DNA of 64,000 nt from Trichosphaerium sp. ATCC 40318 (GCA_038496445.1 JALMLS010000255.1:434001-498000), one strand, 5' to 3'. Shown: positions 51,701 through 64,000, numbered from the stretch's first letter. A program made the numbers and translations. The notes: generated by a model not told the origin, from the sequence alone.

Positions 51701-54700
51701 AAGGTGTACTGGATTTCTTCCATCAGCAGATGCCTAAAGCTGTAAAATTAAGATACCTTACTCCGGATAAATCGTACACATCTTCGTCTCACCTCAAACT
51801 GGCCAAGTACTTTCACGAGAAAGCTGATCCAGCCCTTGATGGTACGCTTTTTTTTAACCTTCCTCAGTTGTTCTGACGTCTTCTCTTAGGATCATGGGAA
51901 GCCGGTCACAAGAGAGGGTTAGCTTTCACTGCGTATCATATGGTCTACGGTCGCGATTGGAAATCGCTAAACACTGCACTGTGTAACCTTGGTTTCATCG
52001 AATCGAAATGTGAACTCGGCATGACATATGATTTGGTTGCAGATTATCTGTTAGTAGCAGCACATAAAGAAATGATCAACAATGCAAAGGTGCGCCCTCA
52101 AATACTTATCATAGCACCTTGTTTACTCCAAGGAAATATTATCTAAGTGCCGTGAATACAGTCACTGATTTTATTTTTAGATTACAAAGCCAATTGTTGA
52201 GTACCAGCGTTTTGTTCAAGCGCGTGCACATGTTTTATCCAAGTTTTCTGATATGACATTCTCAATGGCTGCTGCACTTCCTAATAGTTCTATTGTCGCT
52301 AAGGAAGCACATCATAGATATTACCAGTCACGAAGGGAGTCGCGACCTTGGTTGAAGTGGACGAATAAGCCAACTTTGGCTAATCCTTGCATCATGACTT
52401 TGTCTGGACATCAATTTGTTGTCCGTGATGCTTGGCATTCGCCTACTGAAGCCAGAATTGCTTCAGTATCGTACGTGTTTTGAGTTTGTTTATTTCCAAC
52501 ACGCTTTGCTTATTTTTTTCTTTTCAGAGATGATACGTCTGTTAAAATATGGAATTCTACTACTGGTGAAGAGTTGTCGTCTCTTAAAGGTCACAACAAT
52601 AGTGTTGTATGCTGTGGGTTCTCCACAGATGGTAAAACACTGGCTACAGGCGGATATGACAAGACAATAAAGGTGAGATTTTAGAAAAAAAGGAAACCAA
52701 TGTGAATCTTTTCTCATTTTTCTAGCTATGGAACGTTGATACTGGAGCCGAAAAAGGGACAATTAGAGGTCATATTGGCGTAATTACTTGCTTGAACTTT
52801 TATATTGGTGCAGATAGAAAGGAGTATTTAATGTCAAGCAGTTATGATAAATCTATAAAGCAGTGGGATCTCAGCACGCTCACTGAAGTCAAATCGTTCG
52901 TAAGTTTTTTTTTTTGCAACAGTTAACTGAAGAAGTGTATTGCGTCTTGGCTTATTTTCCTCTTTTTTTGTAGTTGGGTCATAAAAAGAGAATCACATAT
53001 ATATCTACTCACGGAGAGTACCTGGCTAGCGGTGCAGAAGACAATACAATTATGATTTGGTCATTAAAAACAGGCTCTGCAATTCGTACCTTAGAAGGTC
53101 ATACAAACACCATTAATTCTGTTGCATGGAGTCCAGATGGTAAGCAACTAATTGCTGCATCTGAAGATAGAACCTTAACAGTTTGGAACACAATATCATG
53201 GCTAAAAGAAAAGACACTTACAGTAAGTAATTTTCAACAATATTTTCTTCTTCTTCCTTCGACTGAGCTAACTTCTCTTGTTCAGGGTCACAAAGATGGT
53301 GTTGCTTCCGGTAGTTTCTCACATGATGGCACAAAGATCATTTCGTCGTCACATGATAACGTCATCTCAATCTGGGACGCTAAAACAGGTGCAGTCAAAG
53401 CCGGTTTGATTGGTCATACTGGTACTGTGTTCAAGGTATGTTATTCACTTTATTCTGTTTTTCTTTATTCATATCCTTTGAATTACTTCTAATTGATATT
53501 ATAGGCACGGTTTACACCAGACGATAAATTCATAGTATCATGCAGTTTCGATAGAACTGTTAAAATTTGGGAAGTGAGAGACAAAGTAGAAGTTGTTGGA
53601 CACTCTGCACGTGTCCTAGCGTCTAGCTTCTCCCCTGATGGCAAACTATTGGCAACAGGTGCTAGGGATAAGAGTATTAAAGTATGGTCAGTTGAGGACG
53701 GAAAGGAACTGAGAATGTTCACTGGTCATGCGTCAAATGTGTTTGGCGTTGCTTGGTCATCTGACGGAAAGTTTATTGCATCATCCTCAAGAGATAATAC
53801 AACAAAAGTACGTATCCTTGTACCCTTGAAATAGTATCTAACGTATCACATTAGATATGGGAAGTAGTTACAGGACGATGCGTAACTTCATTGAGCGACC
53901 ACAGCAACATCGTTTCTGGTAAGTATTTTGGGTTTTTTTCTTGTTGAAAAAAAAAACCAATCTTCAATTCAAGGCTCTCAAAAGCTTTGAAATAAATTAT
54001 TGCTGGTGTTCGTTTTTTAACTGGTCTATTGTCTAGATGTTGCTTGGTCTCCTGATGGAAAGCATATCCTAACTGTCAGTTTCGATAAAACAGCTAGAAT
54101 CTATGATGCTAGTAATCCTCAAGATATTACTCCTATTGGTACCTTATTTGGGCATCGTGCAGCGCTAAGGCGTTGCCGATACTCTCATGATGGTAGAAGA
54201 GCAGCAACAGCTTCTGATGATCATACAGTAAAGCTCTGGGCTACCCGTAAGGGAACGCTTAACTATGGCAAGATGTATGTAAAGGTTGCCACCTTTTCTG
54301 GTCATGCAAAGCCTGTAACTACACTTGCATTCTCTATTGATGATAAAAGGGTAATAACTGGTGGTGAAGACGAGATTTTAATTGTACGTCAACACTCGAT
54401 TGGAAGAGAAAAAGTATAAAAAGCGCTTTGTGCTTTTTTGGTTTTTCTCTTCTTTGTTTTGTAGTTTGTTTATTGACTTGCTTTTTTAGGAATGGGACGC
54501 TCGTAATGCAAGACAACTTGCCACTCTTAAGAAGCATACAGCAACAGTAACAGATGTACAATATACCTCTGATGGTAAATACATTTTGTCAGGTAGTACC
54601 GACAGTTCAGTCATTTTATGGAATACAGAGACTAAACAACCTGATTGCTCTTTTGCATGTATGAACAGGATATGTACTGTTTCATGTTCTGGTCGTCATC

Positions 54701-54768
54701 AAAATTTTGCTGTTGGTGATGGTGCAGGAACTCTCGTACTATTGAAGCCAGTTGGTCTAAACAAATAA
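48763..54768 (+). CDS. TEP1-like STAND NTPase: BRCT + DUF4062 + NACHT + WD40 repeats
   Basis: BRCT-like LKDAIKAQGG..GIPIVTRNYIEDSIK; WNTARVFISSTFKDMHGERDYL..VDLRWGV..PFFIGILGERYGW; Walker A GEPGSGKT; Walker B LVLIIDALNQL; more than ten GH..WD repeats. Confidence 0.88.
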
Positions 54769-55549
54769 ACAAACAAAACAGCCAAAAAAACACAAAAGAA
54801 AATGGAAAAAAATAAAAACCTTGTATCATTACCTCGACTTAACATAAAATCACGTGATTTTTTTTTTTTTGTTATACAACTTAAAGGTTTACATAGATTT
54901 AATTGAAAGGCCTTAATAGTGAGGATAAGATTGTATAAATGAAAAAAGTTCACTTCGTGCAATGATGTAATTGGTGGAAAGCTTGTTCTTCCTTAAGTAT
55001 TACAGCATAAGAACTGCAGTCTTAGTGATTTTACAGTTTAAGAAACCATTAAAAATACCAAAGCAGAGATAGTACAAAACGATTTTTTATATTTATTTAC
55101 ATGCACAAAAAAGTCAACAAAAAAAAAAAGAGAACAAAAAAACTCGAGTCAATAGACTTCTTCGAGATAGACCGAAATTGGTCCGTTGTCTACAAGTTTA
55201 GGTTCATTGGTCTGTGCGTATTTGGTAAAAAAATGATTGTAAAGGTGTCAAATGGTCGATGATCTAGTGCGGAGTCACTATTGACATAAATCTGTAGTTG
55301 TTGACCGTAGGGTGCTGTTCTTTAATTTTGAAAAATGAAACGGATAAAAGTAAAAAAAAAAACTGAAGCGCAAGTTAACATGACAAGTTTTCACATAAAA
55401 ATTTTGTCAAGGCCATTTGATAGCTGCAATTTCAATCTTAAAGAACTTCTCTCAACGCTCAGACGTATCACTTGAACTGAAGTTGTGTATTGCAGGAGTA
55501 TTTACTACGGATATGCACAGGTGTAAATCTATGTGACACTACAATTCTA

Positions 55550-57459
55550 AAATGTTATATTTATGTTTATTTATTTATCTACACAATGGGATTGACATTC
55601 TTAAGAATGGAGATCACTGAGGCTTGACACTTGGCATTGGCACCAAAACAAATGTTTGGTGTGTGGGTTAAGTGATCAGGACACCATCTACTTTGATGGA
55701 TTGTACTGTTTAAAATAGAGAAAGTTGCAGTCAATACTTTGACATACCCATGACATTCAAAAGAGTCGTATTGGCTTTGAAGATGTTTACTCACAACAAT
55801 ATTTAACATTTTCCTTAATTCAACCGAGCAACCCCCCTCTCCAGAGGCACGGGAAACTCGAAACCTTAGAAGTGATTAAGTTCTAAAGTCCAGCCGCAGT
55901 GATTGAAAGAATTCCTACTGAAAAATACTGAAGCTCTTATATAGTGGCCTGCCTACCAACCCGTTACTCTTTGAAATTACAGGCATGATTTCACAAGCAA
56001 GTGAAACCAAGTACTGAATTGCTCCTTTCCCTAGCATAAGTTAGTTAACAATAAACTTATAATCACGACTTTGAGTACCTCAACTAGAATCTGTCTTGCC
56101 AAAATCTTGGTACCAACCTAAACATCCCCCTTATCCCAAGTTTGCTCCACCTGTGTATTGAACCAGAACTGGAAACACCATATCTACTTTCCTATAAAAC
56201 ATTGGTCAGTCATACATTTATGTGATTTTGTTGCCCACTGAGGGCTTCAATTACATACCTTTATAATACCATCCTTCTCTCCCTAATTGATGTACTTGGC
56301 TTGGGTACCTTTCCGTCAATTAGTTCTTGAGACACATCGATGTCTATCCCCCACAAGTACTTGGACATGTGCCTTTCCTTGTTGGGTAAAACTTGTTGAG
56401 GTGCTGATGACATGGCACCTCTTAGGGTACCTGCCAAATTCATGATGAACCTATGACTCGATTAGCATTTCTACACTTCAAATGAGTGTTATAATGATAG
56501 AAGAGGACATATGTTAATACATAGATAGATAGTTGTCGCCCACTATGGGCTTCAACTTCATGACTGGAGGTCTCGATTAACATTTCTACGCCTCAAAATG
56601 TGCGTTATAATGATAGAAGAGAACCCATTCTCAGGGTGGACACAGCATTAAAGCTGTAGTACCACTCACTCAATAACCAATGAGTAGTGTCATTGATGGA
56701 TGTACTAAGAGACAAGCTAAACTCGCCCTTTTCTATCCTTCACAAAGTGTTCTGTAGTTACAGATACACTATTGTATCACCTCAGACAGGAGGTGCTTTG
56801 AGCCAGTCGATTACCACTGCCTATGCCATGTTTTTTACGCATTTTACATAGGTGGCTTATGTGGTAGAAGACCCAACTACAAGGGGTAAAGAGAAGTAAC
56901 TTCTAGGGGCACACTACACAAAATAATTTGTGTTTGGTATTTTTTTCTTTTTTTTTTTTTTTGTGTGACTTGAAGTCTTTCTTCTTTTATGCTATATTAG
57001 GCTACACGGTTGTAAGACTGAACCTATTGAATGAAAATATCGAGTTTTCACGGCACATACAATACCAATGTGACTCTCATAGCTCACTGCATACACATCG
57101 TGTTCTCCAGTTGTGAAGTTGAACAAAAACCCAAAACACAACTATTGGTTGTGCCTCTGTGCTCTGCGCTGCCTTTTTGTACTTGCAAAAAGCAACAAAG
57201 ATTTGCTTCTTTGTCGCAGGAGCCCTTACATACAACAAATTGGTGTTTTCGAGGGTCTACTACTAGAACCGAGCATTCTTTATTTACTTTTAGAGTTTAC
57301 ACTTCACTGAAATATCTATTTTAAATACTCAAATATGGATAATGCACATTTCCAAAACGCCACAAACCCTTGTGTTAGCTATTTTCGTGACTTGAGTACC
57401 GTTTCAGCGATGTTTTGGTTCGTAGAACGTGCAACTAAGCGATAACTTTTTTCCGCTTG
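55550..57459. mobile_element. Non-coding repeated element, copy 2 (~1.9 kb)
   Basis: Direct repeat of 41690-44104. It lacks the copy-1 segment ~42144-42668 (junction at ~56033, ttcc(c)ta microhomology) and has a ~20-nt insertion at ~55602. Confidence 0.75.
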
Positions 57460-57479
57460 CATCCCCAAACTTGCTCTAG

Positions 57480-57680
57480 TAGTAATGCCACTGTTTTAAT
57501 AGCTCTGTTATTGAGTATAACCGACACGTACATGCTCAAACACCAGATATGTTGCTAAGTACTATAGTACAACCACAACAAACAGTTGCAAGGTTTGCTC
57601 ACTAGTTTAGAACGTTCCCTCATATTGAGAAGCGGTATTAGATTACCCAGTACTACACTGGACCGTAGGTACGTGTCCTG
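57480..57680 (+). pseudogene. Fragment homologous to the F-box gene at 33879-34929
   Basis: aacagttgcaaggtttgctcactagtttaga..gagaagcggt..ttacccagtactacactgg..gtaggtacgtg matches ~34026-34122, including intron-like sequence. Confidence 0.8.
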
Positions 57681-57719
57681 CCATACATATCTCAAGCAAA
57701 AGGACTGTCTTATATAAAG

Positions 57720-60700
57720 ATGATGCGCTTGTTGGGTAACATTGTAGAATTCTAAACTAAAACGCTTGCACGTGTCACTTTAATTTCCTTTCACAGACAA
57801 CTAAACACGCTTCTGTTTTAAATTCGTTTTTTCAGCAACAAAAAAAGAATGTGGCAGGTTCCATTTGGAATTCTGTCTCTGACAAAGGTGGCCTCTTCGC
57901 TATGTCAAAAAGAGCATTAAAAAAAAATAACTTTACACAAAATATCTGCAGTCAGTTTGCCTTTTGTCCTGTTCAGCAAAATAGTTCACCGAATTATAGT
58001 CGCTAAGGAGTCGAGGTTATACAACTTTCAGAGCATAAACGGGTAACCGTTTGTAGCAGAAAAGTAAGACCTCCACGTGATGAAGTATCAGACAAGGAAT
58101 ATCGTTGAAAAAAGATAGTTCAGTTAAATTAAACACAACTATTAAAACGTGTAGGGAAGGAAAAACACTATGCGTAACGTTGTCAAGGCTATCAAAAAAG
58201 GTAAAACTTCGTTTTAGTGCCTGATAACCTAAAATACTGTAAATAGGCGTAAACAAAGTAGAAATCGGTTTATCTAAGCCTATACCACCCGCACCAGCGC
58301 CGCCAGCCGAAAAACAAAAGAAAACGCATGGATCTTTAGCACCTATGCCTCCAGCACCCCCTATAACGAAAAAGCAAGTTAAACGGCCTACAAAATCATC
58401 TACGAAGTCTAAAGTTGTAAACCCGTCTACGTTCACAAAAAGTACTGTTAGCGCATTTGGGGTTTCTAAAAGAGATGTAGGTAAAGGAGATATACTGTTT
58501 AAAGACTGGGAACAAGTGGGAGTTGATGAAATCAAAGCTTCATCAAAAACTGCCAATGTACTATTAAGAACACCATCAGTTCTTCTCTTTGCTAAGTATA
58601 TAACAGGGAATGTATTTCGTTAATACACCAACTGGCACAGTGATCGTAAGCACGTGCTCGAATGTCATACAGGCACGTTAGAAAATCAATAGTGTTTTTT
58701 GAAAAAAGTTTGTTTTCTCTTTTTGTCTAAAAAGTAGTTTTATAGAGACTCTACACTTCGGAATTGGCACGTATGTTAAACGTAGACGTACCTGGGATGC
58801 GTGTTGTTGATAAAGATAATAACACTGGAGAATATAGTAGTGTAAAGAAGATGATTGCTAAATTGAATACTACTAAGTCAACGATTGATGATTCTCTCAA
58901 TCACCCTCAGTATCTCATTGTGGAGGTTGTCATGATAACTCGATAGGAAGTACTAATAGCTTAAATAGTGCATAGTAGGAAAGAATATTGTTGATTGTAA
59001 CCCTGAAGTCATCAATTTCGCTTTTGGAACACAAAACAAGTACATTTCATTGAAAGTGTGAACTTGTTAAGTGTACTAAAGATATTAGGTTCATTGGAGA
59101 CAAGCGTTCCTCTAGAAAATACCTACGGCTTTTTGGCAGGTTCTTGGGATATAATATGATTGTCAAAGCAGCGGAGTCAAATGTATGATAACAAACAAAA
59201 TAATTCTAACACTTTTTCACTTAGAACAGTTTAAAGCACATCATTATTGAAATTGGTGCTGACGAGGGCGGGATGCCTTGGTAAAAACCTTCTTTATTGT
59301 TGAAGTGCCTTACATAGTTTGTAGCATTCGCATTGTAAGCACACGGAACGTGCTTGGGTACGTAATTTTTGCCTTCCTTTTTTTTAACATACTATCAGTT
59401 GTAATAACAAGCCTAATGGCTTGGAGTTTATAAAAAATGCATTGAAATCAATAACAAGAGATCCTTCTATAGAATTAGAGGCTATCAAAGACATACGTTT
59501 AGATATACAGAAAGCTACAAGTACATAATGTAAGGTTCTCCTTTTTTTCTTATGTTCTTTTTAGGTTTTGACTTTGGTTTAAGCGGTTCACTTCAGGTTT
59601 ATAACTCTTCACTTCTATTACATCTAATAGTAACTACATAGATTCAACTTGGCATACTAGAATTATTCTCAGATGCCTCGGTACTACCGAGTTTTGATGC
59701 CACTATAAAAGACAATTTGTCATCACTTGTTGCCGATAATGAAACATGGACTAGAGCTATTGAGTCCATTAATACTTCCCATTTAAGTAACGCTATACAA
59801 GCTTTCACTCCGTATAACGATAAAAGTCAACAAGTACTTTCGATGTGGCCTACAACAAAAGACTTTGGAGAGTACAATACACAGATATGCGCATCAGAAT
59901 TGAAATATACAAACGTCAAAATTCTAGTACTACAAGAACGTGCAATGTACGCTGTGGATGGTGTCAAATTTATAAGGGAATTGGTGTCCAAAGAAGATCG
60001 TAAACCAGGTAAACATTAATATATTACAGCTGTTCTCGTTGGTATTGAACTAACTTGTTCTTTTATTAAGACTTTATCATAATGCCAGAATATGGCATAA
60101 GCTACTCTGGCCGTGTTGATGATACTAGTGATTTTGTTGTTGAGTATTCTTCACTTGCAAAAGAGCTTAGTGCTTATATGGTACTTGGTAGTGTCATGGA
60201 ACGCCAAGGTGTTAAAACACACAACACGAGCGTTATTATAGGAGCTGACGGTTCTTTTCTTGGCAAATATCGCAAAAGGAAGCCTCTGTGTACGTTCCTT
60301 TGGTTTCTTTATTTTTCTTTATTTCGTTTAGCGTTTTGTTAATACTCACCAGCTTCTCCTCTTTAGCAAACCACTTAACACCTGGTACAGAGCTTGCTGT
60401 GTTTGATAGCAAGTTTGGAAAGTTCGGCGTGCTCATTTGCTTCGACATTGAAAACAGTGATGTGTTTCAAGAAAACATTGATAAAAAACCATTCTTGCTT
60501 CTTAATCCTGTACTCATCCCAGTTCCTTCTCTTAAACAACAAAATGAATATATACAACGATCATGGAGAACAGCATTGGATACTATGGCAAGGAAATTTG
60601 AAGCCTTAGCAACCAAACACAAGTTTACTGTTGTACGATGTGATAAGCCATTTGGGAGTGTTTTTGGTACAACATACATCTCACTGAGATTATAACTTTA

Positions 60701-61913
60701 TATAGGTTCTTCACAAGTAATAGGACAGTACCGTACGGTGACTGCGCCTTCAAGGAATGCCTGTCATTTCTATGCCTATGTTGACATTGACGAAACCAAT
60801 CAGTTTCAGGTAAGGGATGTTAAATAATTAGTATCTAAGCGTTGTTATTAGGGTAGCACACCTTCGAGTATTCGTACAGCTCCAGAAGATAATACAGGGA
60901 ACAGATACACCGTAAGATTTGCTGATACATCAGGGTTGAGCGCTTGTTTGACTTCAAAGTTTGCCTATGTTATAAACAATGACGGCATTGCAAAAGTAGA
61001 CTTGTACCTAATGATTACAGTAAAGGAACACAAATGCGAAAGGCCTATTAGAATAATCCAGTACGTTGTAAAACCTTTGTACAACTTGCGTTTTGAATAG
61101 ACCTATTTACTGATTTCTAGGATCAAAGATCACTTGGTTGTAATGTTCTCCAATACAATACAAATCATTTCAGAAGATTTCGACTTGATCAAAGAAGTGA
61201 CAACACCTACTAAAAATGTGGACGTTAAGCTTCTCGGAAAGGATAAAATTGTAGTATTGACGGAAACATCAATACGTATGACATCTTTTATCCTCGCTAC
61301 CCAGTATTCACGCAAATTTAGGCGTTTATTCAGAAGTACTAGATGAAGTACAAAGTACGGATGATATTCTTGAAGGAAATAACAAGAAGTTGGCAACGCT
61401 GGGGGACAATATTGCGGTTTCACATTTGAATGGTATTACTATTTACAAAACCAACACAGCCAACATCAAGGAAGTCTACACCACTGATAGTATTAAGTGT
61501 TCTGATATATCATCCCTTTCTTTCTGTAGTGCAAGCAAAATATTGATAGCTGATAAACAAGGAAAGTTATATGTTCATGAACTATCAAGTGCGTATTAGT
61601 TATTTGACTGTTGTTAATAGAATCACTAGAAGGTCCCACCTCAAGTCCGTCTTTTAGTATCTCACCAAATTCTATAATTGGAATGTATCCCGTCTCTCAA
61701 GATGTAGTGTTAGCTGTTTCTTCGGATGGTGTGCGAGTAGTTAGATTTGGTCATTCGCCAGTTCAGCACCACATACAAGTTGACTCTGGTGATGTTCTGG
61801 GTTATTGTTGTCACTCTCATAGACTTGCTATTATTGGTACTAAACGTATGGCTATCATTGACTTTACTCAAAACTACCAAAAAAAGAACCTGAAAGACGT
61901 CCTGGTTTGTTAA
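57720..61913 (+). CDS. Multidomain protein: Pro-rich linker + actin-fragmin-kinase-like domain + carbon-nitrogen hydrolase (nitrilase) + degenerate beta-propeller (start approximate)
   Basis: ETLHFGIARMLNVDVPGMRVV..LNHPQYLIVE..TWTRAIESIN (AFK-like). Nitrilase triad MPEYG / GKYRKRKP / GKFGVLICFDIE. C-terminal beta-strand repeats. Open frame 59717-60019 bridges the AFK-like and nitrilase parts. Confidence 0.7.
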
Positions 61914-62106
61914 CCACATCTCAAACTACTTCTGTACAAATATAGTGTTTTTTTCTTTTGAGCTTTGGGAGTTGTATGTTCACGTGACCTCACAATGAGT
62001 CACGTGATTTATTTAAAAGCTGAAAACGTCACCTAAATTAACCACGTTAAGGATAACGTGAGATGGTTTAGTTCATAACACTGGCGTCAAAGACCCCTTT
62101 GTCAAA

Positions 62107-62892
62107 CAAGCGGGAGAGGCAAAATGCCGAAACGTGTAAGTGCAAGTCGGCATATCCTTTTCACGAGCTATGCTTTCTAGACTACTACGTAGAGTACTAC
62201 TATGACAGTGGAAGAACGCTAACGGTGTTAAGCAAGAGGAAACAAAACCGTTGTAGCGAGTAAATACTTCAGCGAGAAGCAATAACAGTAGTTGCAATGC
62301 CAATATCAATTGATGCACTTATAACGCGATACTCAATCTAATGCGCACAGCACTCTTTCGCACAGTACTCTTTCGCAATGTATGGACGAATGAAGTACTC
62401 ACAAAACTAATGAGTAATCTTGCGGAAAGAAAACAGTTACCAACTTCTAGTGCTTGTGAGGTATACTTGCGCTATTCAATCGCGCAGTGAGGGTAAACAG
62501 ACAAAAACTAACAAAGCTGCAGCAAAGAACTCACAAGGAATAAGAGTAAGAGCCTTTACAAAGGATTACTAGTGGCTAGTGTACGCATTTGGTGGAGAGA
62601 ATAAAGACAAAAAAACCACAACGGAGCTGCACGAGGTAACAGTAAACCCTTATCACCTACGAATGGGATACCTCTACAATAAAGGCCAAACAGAGTTCAA
62701 GCCGATACTCCATGTTGTTGTGGTTGTTTTCGTCTTTGCTCCCTGAAAAACGAAAGTCACGACTTTTCTAAAGGGTAGTTTTATGGTTTCAAAGGCACAT
62801 GTCTAAAAACCAAGCGCAAAAGGATGGGCACCATTTACAGTATTTCGCTTTACGGTTTTCTACTCAAAACAATTGTTAATTTATCATTGTCT
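62107..62892. repeat. Dispersed repeat, copy B (inverted relative to 14368-14990), with ~180 bp extra at 62241-62417
   Basis: Reverse-complement alignment to 14368-14845 (62420-62892) and to 14846-14990 (62107-62240). Confidence 0.9.
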
Positions 62893-63096
62893 ATACTTCG
62901 CTATTAAGTGCTTAGATCCGCGTTTTCTTTGCCAAAGTCCAATTACAGCTGAAAACAGCGTCTGAGAAGAGAATTGTTTCCTGGACGAGCGCTTTTGCAT
63001 CCAGTTTAACCGGTTAAATGTCAACTTAATATTCCGCGTATCACCTCGAAGGCAGCTGGTGTTAACAAGCGTCGATAAAACAATTATTTGGAACCA

Positions 63097-64000
63097 ATGC
63101 AATTAGTGATAGCTGTTTTCGCGTTTGTTCTTGTTGGCTTTACTGTTGGTACGCCAAGTGCGCGTAATTAGATAGTAACAACGCCCTGTAGCGCAAGACA
63201 CTACCGGTGTTGTTTTCCCTCCTGAATTGCAAGGAAAACGAGGCCCATGCGTACTAAATAACCTGACGGAACCAATTGTGCGTTATTTCGATAGTTGCAG
63301 TATTTAAAGTTGTCTAACCCTAAAAAAGGCTGTACCTGGTCTACAACTATGTACTGAGTACAGAGCTCGGTCATGCTGCACATTAGAACAAGAAAACGAA
63401 TTTACTGATCCCTCAATTGCCGATTTTTTAATTTTACCAACTCTTGGTACTCTATTAGCTCATACTTAGTAACAGCAATACCAATTCGTTTTAGGAAGCG
63501 ATGGGTGCTACGAAAACTTCAGAAGAGCGTTGTGTTATTGGGTTTGTAACCCTGACGATAGAACCTTTATTCGTTTTACTGTACGTGATTTTCAACGGTT
63601 TATTGTATTAATAGTCTTGTTAGAGCGCTGATAATTTTACAATTAATGTTGCAGAGCCTCATGCCGCTAAGGTTTATAGTTCTTGCTCTGGACGTTGTAT
63701 TCGTGCTGGCACAATATCTGAGACCATCAGACAACGTTATGCAGGTACAATAAGCGTCATTGCATGTCAAAAAAAACCAAATTGTTTTTGTTTCAACTAA
63801 GCAATTACTAGATGGCATTACTTTCTTGAACTCCCTTACCTCCAGTGCTGTTCCTGGTTATACGTACGCGATTTTATAAGAGTTGTTTCGCGTTGAGATA
63901 GCTGGTGGCTTGAGACTGACGCGATTTTTAAGGCCTTCTATTGATACTCCGGCCCAAACGTATACACTCGATGATGGTGGCCTAAATTTGGTGAACGACA
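63097..64000 (+). CDS. Secreted Cys-rich protein with NPC1 N-terminal/folate-receptor-like domain (partial)
   Basis: Signal peptide MQLVIAVFAFVLVGFTV; exon GSDGCYENFRRALCYWVCNPDDRTF and HAAKVYSSC resemble the NPC1_N/FOLR Cys pattern. Confidence 0.55.

Noticed and set aside
14368-62892. Giant 48-kb transposon or endogenous virus bounded by terminal inverted repeats
   Set aside because: The interior is ordinary intron-rich host genes. No transposase, integrase, polymerase or capsid gene and no TSD were seen.
1-64000. tRNA, rRNA or snoRNA genes
   Set aside because: None was recognisable by eye. tRNAscan-SE/Infernal would be needed to exclude them.

Overview
Compact, AT-rich eukaryotic genomic DNA with many short GT-AG introns (often GTAC donors). 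The gene content (Grl-type class C GPCR, actin-fragmin-kinase-like domain) is most consistent with an amoeboid or other bacterivorous protist; this is inference. About 20 intron-split genes are recognisable: a secreted X8/CBM43 protein, several F-box genes, a PITAIRE CDK9/CDKC kinase head-to-head with mitochondrial uS15, a secreted RlpA-like DPBB protein, an F-box-like/MORN-variant gene, a secreted putative six-hairpin glycosidase, a 2OG-Fe(II) oxygenase, a P-loop GTPase, a class C GPCR, an iduronate-2-sulfatase-like enzyme, a cytochrome P450, an NHL-like membrane protein, a BRCT-DUF4062-NACHT-WD40 (TEP1-like) STAND protein, an AFK-like/nitrilase/propeller fusion and a partial NPC1/folate-receptor-like gene. 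There are also MORN, LRR and F-box pseudogene relics and two dispersed repeat pairs. The most striking unexplained signal is a ~2 kb non-coding element present twice (41690-44104, 55550-57459). It is packed with hairpins, carries a thrice-repeated covarying internal-loop motif, and shows mostly G-U-compatible differences on the + strand, suggesting a large structured RNA or RNA-based mobile element. Gene models were spliced by eye, so exon-level coordinates are approximate, and all family calls come from motif recognition, not database searches.
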